Positions 10,928 through 24,400 of a stretch of DNA of 64,000 bases are shown piece after piece. The notes below the pieces were generated by a model. It searched no databases. It was not told the DNA's origin and was given only the letters and a program-made list of their open reading frames with translations. The DNA comes from Rhizaria sp. SCN 62-66. Its lineage: Eukaryota. Position 1 is the stretch's first letter; each line of letters opens with the position of its first letter. The stretch covers positions 1 to 64,000 of the forward strand of contig MEDY01000024.1 in assembly GCA_001724265.1 (NCBI GenBank). Direction: 5' to 3'. The translations under genes were made by a program, and so were the position numbers.

Positions 10928-13900
10928 TCAGACAATGGGCTTAACGACCGTGGGCACCTTGATGTCCTCGGCCGGGGGCGCGAAGTAGAAGGGGATGTGT
11001 CCGTCGGCCACAGCGTAGAGGATGGCCTGCGCGGCGCGGTTGATGTCGAGCCGCCCCGACGCAAGCGTGAAGCCGCGCTTGACCGCGTATTGCTCGCAGA
11101 TGGCGTACGCAGACCACGGGTACCGCGGCGAGCCCTCGCTGCCGCCGTCTTCCTCCTCCTCCTCCTCCGCAGCGTCAGCGTCTGCCCCGATCTTGCCGTC
11201 AGCACCCTTCTTGGCGGCCGCGGCCTTGTGTCCGTGCGCACCGGACATGTGGGCCTGCGTGCCGGTTTCGCCGTCGGCGGGCGGCTTGATGCCCAACACG
11301 TCCTCAAGCGGAATGCGCTCGCTGAGGTAGTGCACCGCGGCGACGTACTCGCGCGTGTGCGGAATCGGGAACAGACCCGCAAGCACTTGCAGCGGACGCG
11401 GGATGTCGACCGCGGGAAAGATCAGGCCTGGGCAGTCGCAGAGCACCGTCGTGGCGTTGATCTTGAGCGGTTGCACGATCTTGGTGTGGCCAGGCTGGCG
11501 CGAGACGGAGAGGACCTTCTTGCCCGTCAGTGCGTTGATCAAGCTAGAGTGATGCAAACAAGGAAATTGAACACAAAAGATGTTAGCATGGATACATTGA
11601 CAAAATATGCGCGGAAATATAAGATATTTCAACAATTAGTTCATTTTTTTGTGAGTCGTGCGCGTACCTCGACTTGCCGGCGTTGGGATGGCCGACGGTG
11701 CCAATTGTGAGCATCACGCCCATGGCCTCGGCGGCCGCTTTGGCAGCCTCCGCGGCGGCCTCTTCGTCGACACTGCCCTCGCTGCCGCTGTCATCCTCGT
11801 CCTCGTCCTCATCTTCGGTGTTCTCATGGTCATCGTCGTCGTCGCTGTCGTTGTGCTTGCCCTTGCCGCCCTTTGCGCTCTTAGCACCCTTACCCTTGCC
11901 GCCCTTACCGCCCTTGCTGCTGTCGTAATCCGAGTCAGAGTTGTCGCCCGCACCCTTCTTGCCCGCGTTGAGGATCGCAGCCAGCCCCGCGAGCCGGTTC
12001 CGCGTGCGCCGGTTGCCGCCCACCTCGCCGGCCAGCACACGCGCCACATCATCACCAACATACGCGCGCGCCCGGCCAACCTCACCGCCGCCAGAGCCAG
12101 AACGGTGCGCGCCGCGCTGCCCGCGCTTGTCCTTCTTGTTCTTCTTCTTATTGCTGTTGCTGTTGAGAGACAGTGCAGACAGCGCGGCCGCAGCGTCGTC
12201 GTCGTCGCCGGCCTCGTCGTCCTCGTTCTCGGAGCCCGAGCCGCCCTCGAGGGCGGCGGCGTCCTCGACCGCGGCGCCAAAAAGGCCCTCCGCAGCCTTC
12301 GCCTTAGGCTTAGCCTGACCGGCAACACCGACCGCATCCTCGGCGTCCTCGTCCTCATCATCATCGCCGTCGTCTGCAGTCTTGGTCGCCTTGCCGGCCG
12401 CCTTGCTCTGAAGGTACGCCGCCTGCGCCTTGAGCCGCGCGCGCAGCTCGGCAAGCTCCTGCTCGCGCTTCTCCTGCACCTGCGCGCGCGAGACCGTCTC
12501 GCGGCCTGACAGCAGGCGTGACGCGGTGAAGTTCACCGTCGCAGCCACGGCGTCGGCCTCGAGCTCCTCCGCGGCAAAGTCGCCACTACCCGCGCTGCTC
12601 GTGGTGCTCAGACGGCGCGCGTCGCCGCCCTTGGTAGCCGCCTGCTGCTGCTTGCCGCTCGCAGCGGCAGCGGCCTTGGCCGCTGCGGCAGGCGCGGCGG
12701 CGGGGGCGATGGCGCCCGTGGCAATATTCACGATGCCCGCGCCGCGCTCGCGGATGAGCCCGCGGCAGGCCTCGAGCAGGGCGTCCACGCCCACAGGGTC
12801 GAGCAGCGGCGAGCGCTTCATGCGGCCGACCTGCCGCGCGTGCGCCGCGAGGTCGCTATCGGTCGTGGCCAGCAGCGCCGACTCGATCACGGCCAGCTCG
12901 GAGGCCGAGAGCGAGCGCGCAGCGTCGGCGTCGTGGTGCGCGTGCGCGACGGCAGCCGGCGCGGGCGCGGGCGTGCCGTGCGCGGCGGCCGAGGCGGCGG
13001 CGGCCGCGGCGGAAGCCTCGGATGCGAGTGCGATGCGGTGCGCGGCCGAGGGGTAAGATGAGAAGAGGACGACGTGCAGCAAAGGGTACTTGGCCGCAAA
13101 CCACTTCTGCCACGCACGCAACACAGCCAGCGGCACCAGGTCGATTTTGTTCAGCAGCAACAGCAGAGGCTTCTTCAGGTCCTGTGTCGAGGTGAAAGCA
13201 AGATGTTTGAAAAATAGAGAGTTCGGTGTTAGACAACGAAGATGGATGAGAATAAAGCCAGAGCAGAAATATATTAGATACAAGTTATCCTGCGTCATAG
13301 ATCTTTGTTTTCGTGTGTTAATAAGACTGCCGTAGACTACCGTACCTGCGTGATATAGGAGTAGAGTCCCGGGTTGAAGTGCAGCAGCGGGTGCCGAGCA
13401 TCGGCGACGAGGATGAGGATGTGGCTCTTCTCAGCCGTGCGCCAGAGCTGCCGCCACACGTTGAGATTGTGCTCAAAGTGGTTCAGCCGGTCCGCGCCGT
13501 ACTCGGTGTAGAGCCGTGTAAGATACATGCGGAAGTACTCGGCCTCCTGCGCGTGCAGCTGCGCCGCGGTCATAGTCACAGACCACGGCGGCCGCGACGG
13601 GATCGGCAGCGCCGCGGTGGCGTAGAAGTTCGGCGACGCCGGCGCGCCCGTCAGCCGCGGCGGGTACACGCCGCGCGCGTTGGGCGTGCAGCGGATCAGC
13701 GGCTTCGTGGCGGCCAGACGGCGCTCCTTGATGCCTTCGGCGTCGTCCTTGGCGAAGACTGTGCGGATGGTGGTCCCGCCGCTGGCCTTGGTGCCGGTGT
13801 ATGAGACCGCCGTGCTCTCGAACGAGGTCAGCATGGGCAGCAGGCCGCGGCCGCGGGAGACCGTGTGGAAGCCGCCGTCGTCGGCGGAGGACTTAACCAC

Positions 13901-14251
13901 GCCCGCGGCGGCGTCAGCGGCGGAGAGAGTCGCGGCGGTGAAAGCATCGAGGTTCACGTCTTCGGCGCTCTCGCCAGCGCCAGCGCTGTACTTGCCGGCG
14001 CCAGCGCCACGACCGCCAGCAGCGCTGCCGCCGGAGAACTTGCCGCCCTTGCGGGCACCCTTACCGGAACTGGTGTTGTCGTTGCCGTCAGGGTTGCCGC
14101 CGCCGCCCTTGATGGTCTTTTGCTTGCGGTTCTTGGTGTCTAGCGTGGGGACGTCCTTCCAAACGCTGAGATCAATCGGAGCCGATTCCGGCTCGCGCAC
14201 GGGGGAAGAAGAGTCGTCGCGGTAGCGGTCCTTCTTGCCACGGCGTGACAT
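10928..14251 (-). CDS. GNL1: GNL1/HSR1-like circularly permuted GTPase (YlqF/YawG family), 1011 aa
   Basis: Exons 14251-13346, 13181-11668 and 11543-10928. Motif order is G4 (NKID), G1 (GHPNAGKSS, restored across intron 2), G2 (PGHTK), G3 (DCPG). FEHNLNVWRQLWR...DARHPLLHF and SGRLDINRAA are typical of the GNL1/LSG1 group. Confidence 0.88.
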
Positions 14252-15272
14252 GATAGCTGTGATGCAATGACGCGACGCAAACGGAAAAGAGGGGTAGGAT
14301 CTGTGGTGAGTTTCAAGCGGCACGTATCGATCCAAGAAATATACAGTTTTTGCAAAGACATAGTGCATTAAAATAAAGAATATATATAGTTGCGTATTAA
14401 ACAGTGCTATTGCACTTGATTATATCCTGTTCTCTCGGGAGTGGGTGGTGTAATCTGCGTTGAAGGGCGGCCGAGATCCCGATGTTCCGAAAGAGTGACG
14501 GCAGTCTGATGACACCAGAACTTGTGGTTAGAAACATGTTTCATGCACTTTTGTGCGTTTCTGAAATAATAAAGCCAAAACACTGGCATAACCACATTAA
14601 AATCTGCATTTGATTTTTTATTTTCAGCAACTCGTTTCTTCAAGCTGTGAAAACACAGACATATCTCGTGATCCCTGACTCCAACTCTGCGTAACATAAC
14701 ATTCACAACCTTGTTTACGATAGCTTGCGGTTCTGGTTGCTTCCAACTCTTGCGAAAGCGGCTCTCATGTTGTATTACAACGATTTTTATTTGTTCATAT
14801 GAGCAAACTAAATCGGGTCGATACCTACGCTGGCTCAGCAACTTGAAATAGTTGACCTATGTCATTTATGCGACTTGAAGTCAGACAAACGCGGGAGATA
14901 ATATGGTTATATGAGCGCCTTTACATCAAATACATATGCCAGGAGTGTTAAGTTGGTGTAACATAAGAGTTAGCTCCTGAACTAATGGAATGGCATGAGC
15001 CACTCACAGTCCTAGGTCAAGATGACCAAGGAGAAGGGTCAGCCTGAGATGCGAAACTTCCGAAGATGTTTCGACTTGAGCCAACGATGTTTTGGGGTGT
15101 GCGTGCTACTTAAAGTGCTGCCGTACCGTATTTTTTTTATTCTCACTAACTGTGTTCTTTCAACAACCGTTTCCCCCTCAATCTAAGACGACACGAACAC
15201 TGGGTCACGCATCGCCATTTCGCAAGACCTCCTCGTGCTCTCACATCGTTCTGCGCACTGCACGTGCGTTCT

Positions 15273-18200
15273 ATGCGCATGGCACTAGTATTGCACGCTG
15301 GCAAGGTTTGCATAATGCTTGCGCAAAGCTTACTTTCTGCATTCCTCCTGGCTTGGCTATGCTTTGGACATATTCAAGTTGAGGGCGCACTCCCCACTGC
15401 ATCACCCGTTGTGCATGACGTCGCAAGACCCACTGACGCCGGCAATAGTGACATTTATGCATTAAACACCCCGCCTCCTGCTCCAGTTATGCAGTTAACA
15501 GCGAGCGCGGCGAGCATTTCCCGTCGGCAGCCGATTGAATTCACATCGGCCTCGGTGCCTGACTCTCCCGCTGCAGACTCCTCGTCGCAACGCACTGCAG
15601 ACGCTGCCCGCAACAGTCCCGTTACGCCAGCAGCTTACGCGACCGGACTTCACGATGCAACAAAAATCTTGCACATCGAGCCCGTTGCCCGCCTCACGAT
15701 TGCGTTCCCCGCCATGTCCGCCGCAGCCGCAGCGGCAGCCGCAGCGTTCCCGGCAGCAACACCTCTCTCGCCCCTCCGCTCCCGCGCCCGCGCCACGTCC
15801 CCGCCGGCCGCTTCGCTGTCCCCTCGCCTTGCATCAGCATTCCGCTCCCTCGCCGGGCGCGCGGCGGGCGCCCGCGAGTTCGCCGGCGGCCGTGAAGACG
15901 ACTCGCGCGCCTACACTGACAGCAGGGGCGTCTCGCGGCCTTACGGCGACAGCGTGATGATCGCGTTTGATGCGTACGGGGAACACTTCGAGCTTGACCT
16001 GTCTATTGAAGAGGATTTGTTTTCGCCCGACGTGCTGGTGACGGTGAACTACCCAGGGCCCGGGCCGGCTCCGGCTGATATCAAAGCTAGCTACTCCGAC
16101 GGGCTGCCGCGGCTCGTTCCCACAGCTACAAACACGAACGGCAACGCGGACTCAGTCCGCAGTAGTGACGGTGAGGCTACAACATCAACTACAATGCCTG
16201 CGCCGCGGTTGACCACATTTGTTGGCCAGTTTTCCGAGAGCATCAGCGGTGACGGCAAGGACGACAACGCACACGGCGAGAGCAAAGGCTTTGCAAGTGT
16301 GACACTCTTCCCTGACGGCAGCATCGAGGGCGTCGTAAGCAAGAACGGCGAGATCTACCACGTCCAGCGCGCGCGCGAGCACGAGGTGACCGAGGGCGCC
16401 GCGGCCGCGGACCAGCTCGAAGCGAGCAGTCTCGCGCAAGATGGCGGCGGGCTCACGGTGTACCGCATGAGCGATCTCATGACCGTGGACGAGGACGGGG
16501 AACCGGTGTTGGGCTGCGGCGCTGAGCAGCCGCTCAAGGGTACGGTTACTGTAGGCACGTTGAGGCATGCAGCTGATGGCGACGCTGGGCCTTCTTATGA
16601 CGACGACGACGATGACGACGAGGATGACGATGACTTGTCACTCGAGGACGAGCTGCTGGTATATCAATATCTTGAGCTCGAATTTGGCAGCAACAACGCA
16701 GACAACGCAGCTAATAGAAATAGGCTGCCCGGCGCTGATCAAAATGACAAAGTGTAGCAACTTGAAACCAATCCCGACACTGCAGACAAACCCGTATCCG
16801 TAGAGACTTCAAGTCGCATTGGTCTCTCGCTTGGAGATCGTCTAGGTCGTGCAATGGCACCGCTTCAGGTCAATCTCCTCGAAACTCTTGTTGAGCGCAG
16901 CAACCACTATAACGGGTGGACTCGCACGTCCGAAGGCGGCAACGGTCACGGGCACGGCGGCGCGGCGGAAGATCGCCGCAATGACGGCAGGGACCGTTAC
17001 GAAAGGGCGATAGAATTTGTCGAGCGCAGTCCATACCGTAATCACAGCAAGAGTAGCAGTGGGGGCGAGGCCAACTGCACTGCGGAAGCTCACGCTACGA
17101 ACAACACGTGTGCTAAAAAGACATCGGTTCCATTATCGCAGGTTCTGAGCATGATTGACACAATCTCCAACACACTTTCAAAGATTGTGCCTAAAGTTAC
17201 TCAAAGCACGGGTACCGTAGACGCCGACACTGGCACTGCTAGCCCCTCGGTTTCCTCATCGCATGTGCTCTCTGGCGGGATTCAACTTATGGCTAACGAG
17301 AAGAGCGCCGATACAGGTGCTGCATTCTCTGCGGCTGCTCTGCCGACAGCTATCCCGCAGTCAGTCTCTTCTAGCGCAAACGCAGCTTCTCCAAAGCGCA
17401 GCATTAGTCCTGTTGATCAGGCAAGACGTAACATGCTAAACTGGCGCACAAACATCGCAGCCCGCGCCAAAAACGCCAACACAAACACAAACAACAAGAG
17501 CGGCAACGGCAAGAGCACGGCGACTGCCGCAACTGCAGGGAAGAAGGGCTTTGCAGAAGGGTTGCTGCAACAAGCGAGCACGTCCCGCCGGCCTGCAAGG
17601 CACATGGGCTGGAGCGAAGGCCTACGTGGTACGCATGAAAGCGCGGGTTCAAGTGCCTATGCCAGTTCAGCGAAGAACAAGGTTGCGGGTGCATCAAGTG
17701 CGCAACAGCAAAACAGTCAGCAATTTGACAGTAGTTTAAAGAGTCTCAAGAAAAGTGTGAGAACTATGTCTAACAGTGTTGCAGACAGTCCTGCAACAAG
17801 CGGCAGCAGTGGTGACTTTATGGGTGAAAATGATAATGACACTGATTTATACGCGGATGCAGTGCTACTGGGCGAGCTTCGCCGCCATGGCCAGGAGCTT
17901 AATCGTCTTCTTAAAGAATATCGTCGTAGCAATCGTCGTGATAGGACTCTTAGCAGGCGTAGTGATCGCGCTCACATTGCACACCCACTCACCCACGCCT
18001 ACACTGATAAGCAGAGTGCCGGTGCAGACACGGTAGATAATCTTGCGTCTGCAATGTTTGCGCCTTCCGCATCATCTGCCGCACGCCAAACACTACTAAA
18101 GCGCTGGACCAGCTGCTTTCCCGGCTCAGCCACATCCTCCCGGCGCTTTCATGTGGGTGTTGCTGCAGACATTGGCTTTTACACAGCGCACAACAGTTCG

Positions 18201-20945
18201 CTGGCTACTGTGCAGGCCAAGATCAGCGCCGTGTTCTCCCAGGCCAACGCGGTGTTCCTGACGCAGGTCGGCGTGTACCTCTCGGTTGCGCAGCTCGACA
18301 TGCGCAACGCAGACGGCGGGCCCGACTGGAACAGCTACGGTCGGGCTGACTCGCGCCAGAAGTGTCTCACCACGTCCGCGCTGCTGGACAGCATGGCGAC
18401 GTGGCGCGCCAGCACGTCGCCGTCAACGCGCGGCGCGTGGATGTTGATGACAGACTGTTTTCCGCCGCCGGGCACCGTTGGCTACGCGTACATCGGCACG
18501 TCGTGTCTGAGCAAACACTCTGTCGGCTGGTCGTCGCTGTCGACCGCTCTGTGGCGGACAACAGCACACGAGTTCGCGCACATCCTCGGTGCATCGCACT
18601 CGAGTCTGGGCGGTGTCATGGACCCTACGTCTGACGGCCGCCTGAGCAACACAGACAGTGAAAATCCTGGCGAGTATGGATTCGACAATGTAACCAACAA
18701 ACCTGACATGTGCGAGCATATCACCAAGTCTCTCGCCGGGACCAATACTGTGTTCAGCGGCAACACGCGCATTTCAAACGAGCAGTGCTGGGGCGCAATG
18801 ACCCTCGCGTGCGGCAACGGGGTTGTTGAGACCGGCGAGGAATGCGACCCACCGTCGGCGTGTTGCACCAGCGACTGCCGCTGGCGGCCTCCCGCGGACT
18901 GTAACAACAGCGGGCCGTGCTGCGTGGCATGTCGCGCACAGCCGGTGACCCTGCCATGTGACGATGGCAAGGGATACTGCGCCGCCGGCGGCCAGTGTGC
19001 AGCCTCGGTCTGCGGGAACTATCAAGGTCTTGAGCCGTGCGGAGTTGATCCAACGAACGTGTGCTTGCAGCGGTGCCTTTACCAAGGAACGTGCATTGAC
19101 CTATCAACAGTCAAAAGCAATGGCCAGACGCTGCCGTTTGCTGTGCCCAATGGCTCTCCCTGTGGCGTCGCCAGCGAGCGCCCGACTGCAACGTGCAAGA
19201 CTACCAGCCTCAGTGAGTCAACGTGCGTTCCCGCTAAGTACCAGTGGTACGCAGGCGAGTACGGTGCGTGTTCCCGCTGCTACAACGGCACGCAAGCGCG
19301 CACCGTGCACTGCGTCGACATCACCACGGCCTCAGTTGCTGGCGACGGCAGCACCGCGGCCGTTGTGCACACCGACAACTGCGCGGGGTCTGGGCAGCCC
19401 ACCGCGGAGCGCGCGTGCTCGAGCTCCTGCGACTATAAGTGGGAGCTCGGCGCCTGGAGCGCGTGTACCGGTCCCTGCGGCACGGGGCAGCGCACGCGGT
19501 CCGTGCAGTGCGTCGTCGACAACCACGACGCGAGCACGAGCACGGAGCTCGTTGTGGCGGCAGAAGTGTTGTGCGTGACGGCGTTTGGTGCAAAGCCTGT
19601 CGCGTCCGAGGGATGTGCACTGACGAGCTCGTGCACATACAGGTGGGTGTCGGGTGACTGGGGCAGCTGCTCGATAGACTGCGGAACGACGCCGGGTAAC
19701 CAGACGCGCGATGTCACATGCGCGCGAGTTGGGGACTCCACCAACGCGGCCGTCGATGTTTCACTCTGCACGGCAACGGGGAGTGCCGCGGGAACAAAGC
19801 CCGATGTTAGTCGATCGTGTCAGAATAGTAACGTGTGCGTATTTGCATGGGAACTTAGCACTTACGGCACGTGCACCGCTGCATGCGTTGACCTACCAGG
19901 TATTCGAACGCGCACTGTTACATGTGTCGGTTTGTCGTCAGCTGCGGTAAGCGCTCTTGGTGGCGCCAACAACGTCCCGTCGGTCCTCACCCAGACCGCA
20001 GTCGCACCCGCCACCGGCGTCGTCACCAGCGCAGGCCGCTACACAGTCACGGACACGCGCTGCGTCGCCGCCGACCGGCCTGAAGGCGCTGAGCCCTGCA
20101 CCAGCACCGAGCCGTGCACGTACCAGTGGGTGGCCTCTGAGTGGGGCCAATGCAGCAGCGACTGCGGCCGTGGCACGCAGCGCCGCACGCTCTCCTGCGT
20201 CAAAACAGGCCCCGGCGCCGGCGCGCTAGACTTGGAGCCGAGCACGCTGCCGCTGATGCCGATACCGCCCCAGTCCGTGCCCGCGGCGCTGTCCCTGTGC
20301 GCCGTGGCCGAGAAGCCCACAGAGTCGCGCTCCTGCGCCGAGGCCGAAGGCTGCGCGGAGCTGCTTTGGTACACGGGCGCGTGGGAGATGTGCTCCGCGG
20401 CCTGCGTCAAGGACGGCAACGGCACACAGACGCGACAGGTTGTCTGCACCGAGCGCGCGCAGGTCGCCAACAGTCCAGTACGCGGCGGAGACTACGACGC
20501 CGGCGACGCGGCGTGCCTCACCGCGGTCGGCGCCAAGCCCACCGTGGTGCAGAACTGCCGGGCGCCGTGGGCGTGCGTCTTCGGCTGGGCCGCCGGGACC
20601 TGGGGCGACTGCGTGGTCGACGCCGCCGCGGCCGCGGGCGACGCGTGCGTAGGACAGCAGACGCGGTCGGTGTACTGTGCAGCCACGGGCGACCCCGCTA
20701 AGGCGCCTGTGGCGTTGGGCAACTGCGCCAGTGTGGGCAGCGACACGCTGCCGACGACCACGCGCGCGTGCATTCCGCAGACCTGCGGTGGCGCGGATAA
20801 TAGCGACAGCTCAAGCGCTTCAAATGCGGCCGCTGCAGCTGCGGACTATAGCGCGAGTGCAATGACGGTCGCGATGATTGCGGCGGCTACGATAGGCGTT
20901 ATGATGTGGGCCGCAGCAAAGAACACTGCCAATATGGCTGCGTAA
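15273..20945 (+). CDS. Secreted or membrane-anchored M12B (reprolysin) metalloprotease with prodomain, disintegrin-like domain and seven TSP1 repeats; frame interrupted by one TAG at 16755-16757
   Basis: Signal peptide MLAQSLLSAFLLAWLCFG (ATG at 15273 or 15315). Prodomain motifs FDAYGEHFELDL, GSIEGVV..NGEIYHV and cysteine-switch-like LGCG. Dibasic site LLKR. Zinc motif HEFAHILGASH with Met-turn GVMDP. CGNGVVETGEECD disintegrin start, seven TSP1-type (W..g.wg.C...C..g.qtR.v.C) repeats and a hydrophobic C-terminus. ORFs 15264-16757 and 16854-20945 share a frame with no other stop between them. Confidence 0.85.
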
Positions 20946-21420
20946 CTGCCGTGTGGGACTGAAAGGAACTGAAACCAATTTTTGCAGCAGCTTAATCGTT
21001 TATGAATTGTTTGAGTTTGTGTTGTGATGTTTTTTGTCGTCTATCCGCTGTTGAAACCTGTGCTGTTCCATTATTAGTTTTTAACTGTGATCGTGTTAGT
21101 GAGTTTTGTTGACGGCTCTTCTTGTTCTATCTTGCCGATATGATGCTACAAGTGATGTGATCAAAGTAGTGTCAGTCTGTTTTAATTTTGATTTTTAACT
21201 GATTGGCGTGATCAAGTTTGCATTGCAGAATCACGACTAGTGACTCGATGATGCGTCTTTCATCTCGCCTGACAACGAACGCAATCACACGCGAACATAA
21301 TAGAGATTATACATACAGCAATCAATCAAGCAGTTGTATTAAATACAGTGTGGCTATAACTTGCCAAGATGTCGATGAATCAAGAGAAAATGAACAAAAA
21401 TCAAGGAGAACTGAGCGGCA

Positions 21421-24400
21421 TTAGCGGAGCCACTTGAACTCTGCCATAATCGGCAAGTGATCTGAACCCTCGTGTGCGTTGGGTGTGAAAATGGACTTCT
21501 TAAGTACGTCGCGATCATTCGGCAGCTCCAACACGCCCGTGCAGGTCAGCAGAGGTGCACACTGGGTGAAACGAGAGAGGCGCGAGCTTTGGCTGCGAGC
21601 AAGCGCAGCTGACACCGTGTCATACCCGGCGGCGTTGGCACCCGCATCAGGCTTCTCAGCAGCAGCGGAAGCAAGCTTGCTCTCACAGTCACTCAGCATC
21701 AATGAGCCTGCAGGACCCTCTGAAGACGCTCCCAAACCGGTAGTTGAGACGGTGCTTGTGCCAAGCACGTCGCCGAGCGCGAGATGCGAGTAGAAGATGT
21801 GGTCCACGGTGTTGCGGCCGCGCTCGGTGACCGTGGTGAGTCGTAGCGCGGGCGGCAGCGCGGGGTGCTGGTACGGCGACGACAGGGGCGCGAAGTGGTG
21901 GTGGATGGAGCGGGGGAAAAGCTTCAGCAGCGTCTTGGGAACACTTACATCCCCAGCGTCCCTCGGAGCAACGATCGCGTCAGAGCCAGCGGCAACGGCG
22001 CTCTTGTTGATAATCGCATCAATCTTATCCCAAACAGCAGCGCCCTCGCCCTCCTTCACGCCCTCGCCAGAGCCAGTGCCATATGCGATCGCCGGCGCAT
22101 CGCTGAGCAGCGTGACAGTACTGCTGGCCATCTTCTGCACCACGACCGCTGTTTTGACCGCGGTGACGGCGTCGTCCCTGCACAGAGGCACCAGCTCCGC
22201 CATGCCTTTGTCGGGCCCGACCAGCGCGGCGAGCGCCTTCTTGTTGGCCTCCTGCGCCTGCTTGAGCAGCACGCGGTCGCGCTCGCGGTCACCCGTCGCC
22301 GCAGCGGGATCCAGCGCCACGGCCTCAGGCTGCAGCGGCGGCGCGGGCCGCGCGACGCGCAGCGCAGCCGCCGCGGCTGCCACCACGCACGGCGGGGAGA
22401 AGCCGGGGACAAACGCGCTGGCGCCGGTCGCACCCACACGTGACGACGATGACGACGACGATGATGATGATGATGCGGGCGGTAGTGTCGAGTATGAGGG
22501 CTTGGTGCTGGCGTTCTGGGTGACTCGGAGCGCGACCTCGGCGCGGATGGTGGGCGTCTCCTTGGCGGGCCACGTCGAAGGCGGCCAGGCGTGCGTGCCG
22601 CCGCTAGCGACTACGGCGGCCGCGGCGGCCGCGGTCGAGGCGGCGGCCTCCCGCGACAGCGCCGGGCACGTCGCGGCCACCGCGGCCGCCGCGGAAGCCA
22701 TGAGCAGCGATGAGTGCGCGCACAGAGGGTACTCCTCTTTATCATCGGCAACAGCGTGTGCGTCAGTCGCTGCGGTCACGTTGGCGTGGCAGTGCGCGTG
22801 CGCGTCACCCAGATTCGCAGCCGTCGCGGGAATCGCCGGGACCTGCGTGTGCAGCGCGCGAAGCGCCTCCGCCTCGGCGGCCCTCCGCGAGCGCGAACCA
22901 GAGTACGGCGACTGCGGCGGACTGCCGCCAGCGCCGCCGCCGCCGCCGTTCGCGTTGTTGTCGTATGGTGACTCACGGGGCGCGGTCTCGGAGCCGTCCG
23001 CGAAGGCGGAGGTGGGGGCCGGGAGGGCCGCGAACCCGGCGGCCGCGCCGAGAGCGGGAACCGTAAGCGGCACGAGCAGCGCGCGCAGCTGGGCCTCCGC
23101 CGCAGCCTCCGCCGCGGCCTCGGCCGAGACGGCGGCGCCGGCGCCGCTCGAGTTCGCGCTCACAGGAGCCGGGGCCGGGTCGCCCGACGCTGTCGTGGCG
23201 CGATCAGCGCCGTGTGCGCCATCGCCGGCGCCAGTTTCAGCGTCGCCAGCGCCGGCGCCAGCGCCAGCGCCAGCGGCGGCGACGTCCTTGTTGCGCGGCT
23301 TGCGGTGCTTGACGGGCTTCGGCGGCGCCGGGTTGAAGGCGGGCGGGTCGAGCTCGGGGCTGAAGCTCGAGTCGACACGGAGCGCGCCGAGCGAGACAAA
23401 GCGCACAATCGCCGAGTCGGGCGTCGAGTTGAAGTCGCCGCCCAACAGGAACGCCGTGCGCGAGAGGAAGTCGGCCGGCAAACCCAGTGCAACGCACGGG
23501 GGCACCGCGGTCGCTACCGTGTCGCTGTCATTGTCGTTGATGTTGTTGTTGCTGTTGTTGTTGTTCACGCTTGTGAGAGCGTCGTCGCTGCGGCGCACAT
23601 GCGCAACATGGAGAGAGAGCGGCAAATCGCTAGGGGCAACGCCCGCCGTCGCGCCTGCACTCGCGCGCGCGTCTCCACTCAGCCCGCCGCCGTAACTCGC
23701 GCGCGTGTTAGGGACGGACGGGCACGTGGCCATGACCCCCCAGTGCGTGTGCACGTGCACCGGCATCCCCGGCGTGCCCCCGCCAGCAGCCACGCCCCCC
23801 GCGACAGCCCCCGCGGCCCCCGCGACGGCGGCGGCGAGCATGCGCGTCTGCCCCTCGCTCAGCATCGTGGTGCTTACGCGGTCGTACGGCAGCGCCGCCG
23901 TGGCCGCAGGCGGGCCGGCATGGCGCAGGCTCACCCCGGGGCTGCGGCGGCCCGTGGCGAGCAGCCGCAGCCACGCGGCGGCCGCGGACAGCAACAGGTG
24001 CGTCTGCGCGAGCTTGACGTCGCCGCGCCGCGGGTTGTAGAGGATGTGCGTCGTCACCACGCAGACGTACCGCGTGCCCTCGTCGTCAGCAGCGCGCTGT
24101 GCGATACCACTGCTTTCAGTCTCAGTGGTGGTGGAGAGGTCTTTGAGGAGGAGGACGACGCCGCCCTGCGTCCGATCGCGCGCGCCCGCCGAGGGGTGTG
24201 AAGAGTATTCGACAACGCAGGCCGCAACGGGGGCGAAGCGCGCGCGGTCGTAAAACACGCCCACGGCCTCCTCGTCGCACTCGGCCAGCAGCAACTGCGA
24301 CGCCGGGGGCGCGGGCGCGGAAGCAGTCGCAGTCTCGGGTTCGCTGTCGCTCATGTTGCCGCCGCAGGTGTTCGAGAACGTGTTTGCGCTCGCGTCCGTG

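Noticed and set aside
14407-14841. 144-aa ORF between GNL1 and the protease
   Set aside because: AT-rich, non-ATG start and no coding signature.
14940-15073. Three consecutive short hairpins (CAGGAG/CTCCTG, TCCT-GGTCA/TGACC-AGGA, CGAAAC/GTTTCG) suggesting an ncRNA
   Set aside because: Stems are only 6-9 bp with no tRNA, snRNA or snoRNA hallmarks; compatible with chance without a covariance search.
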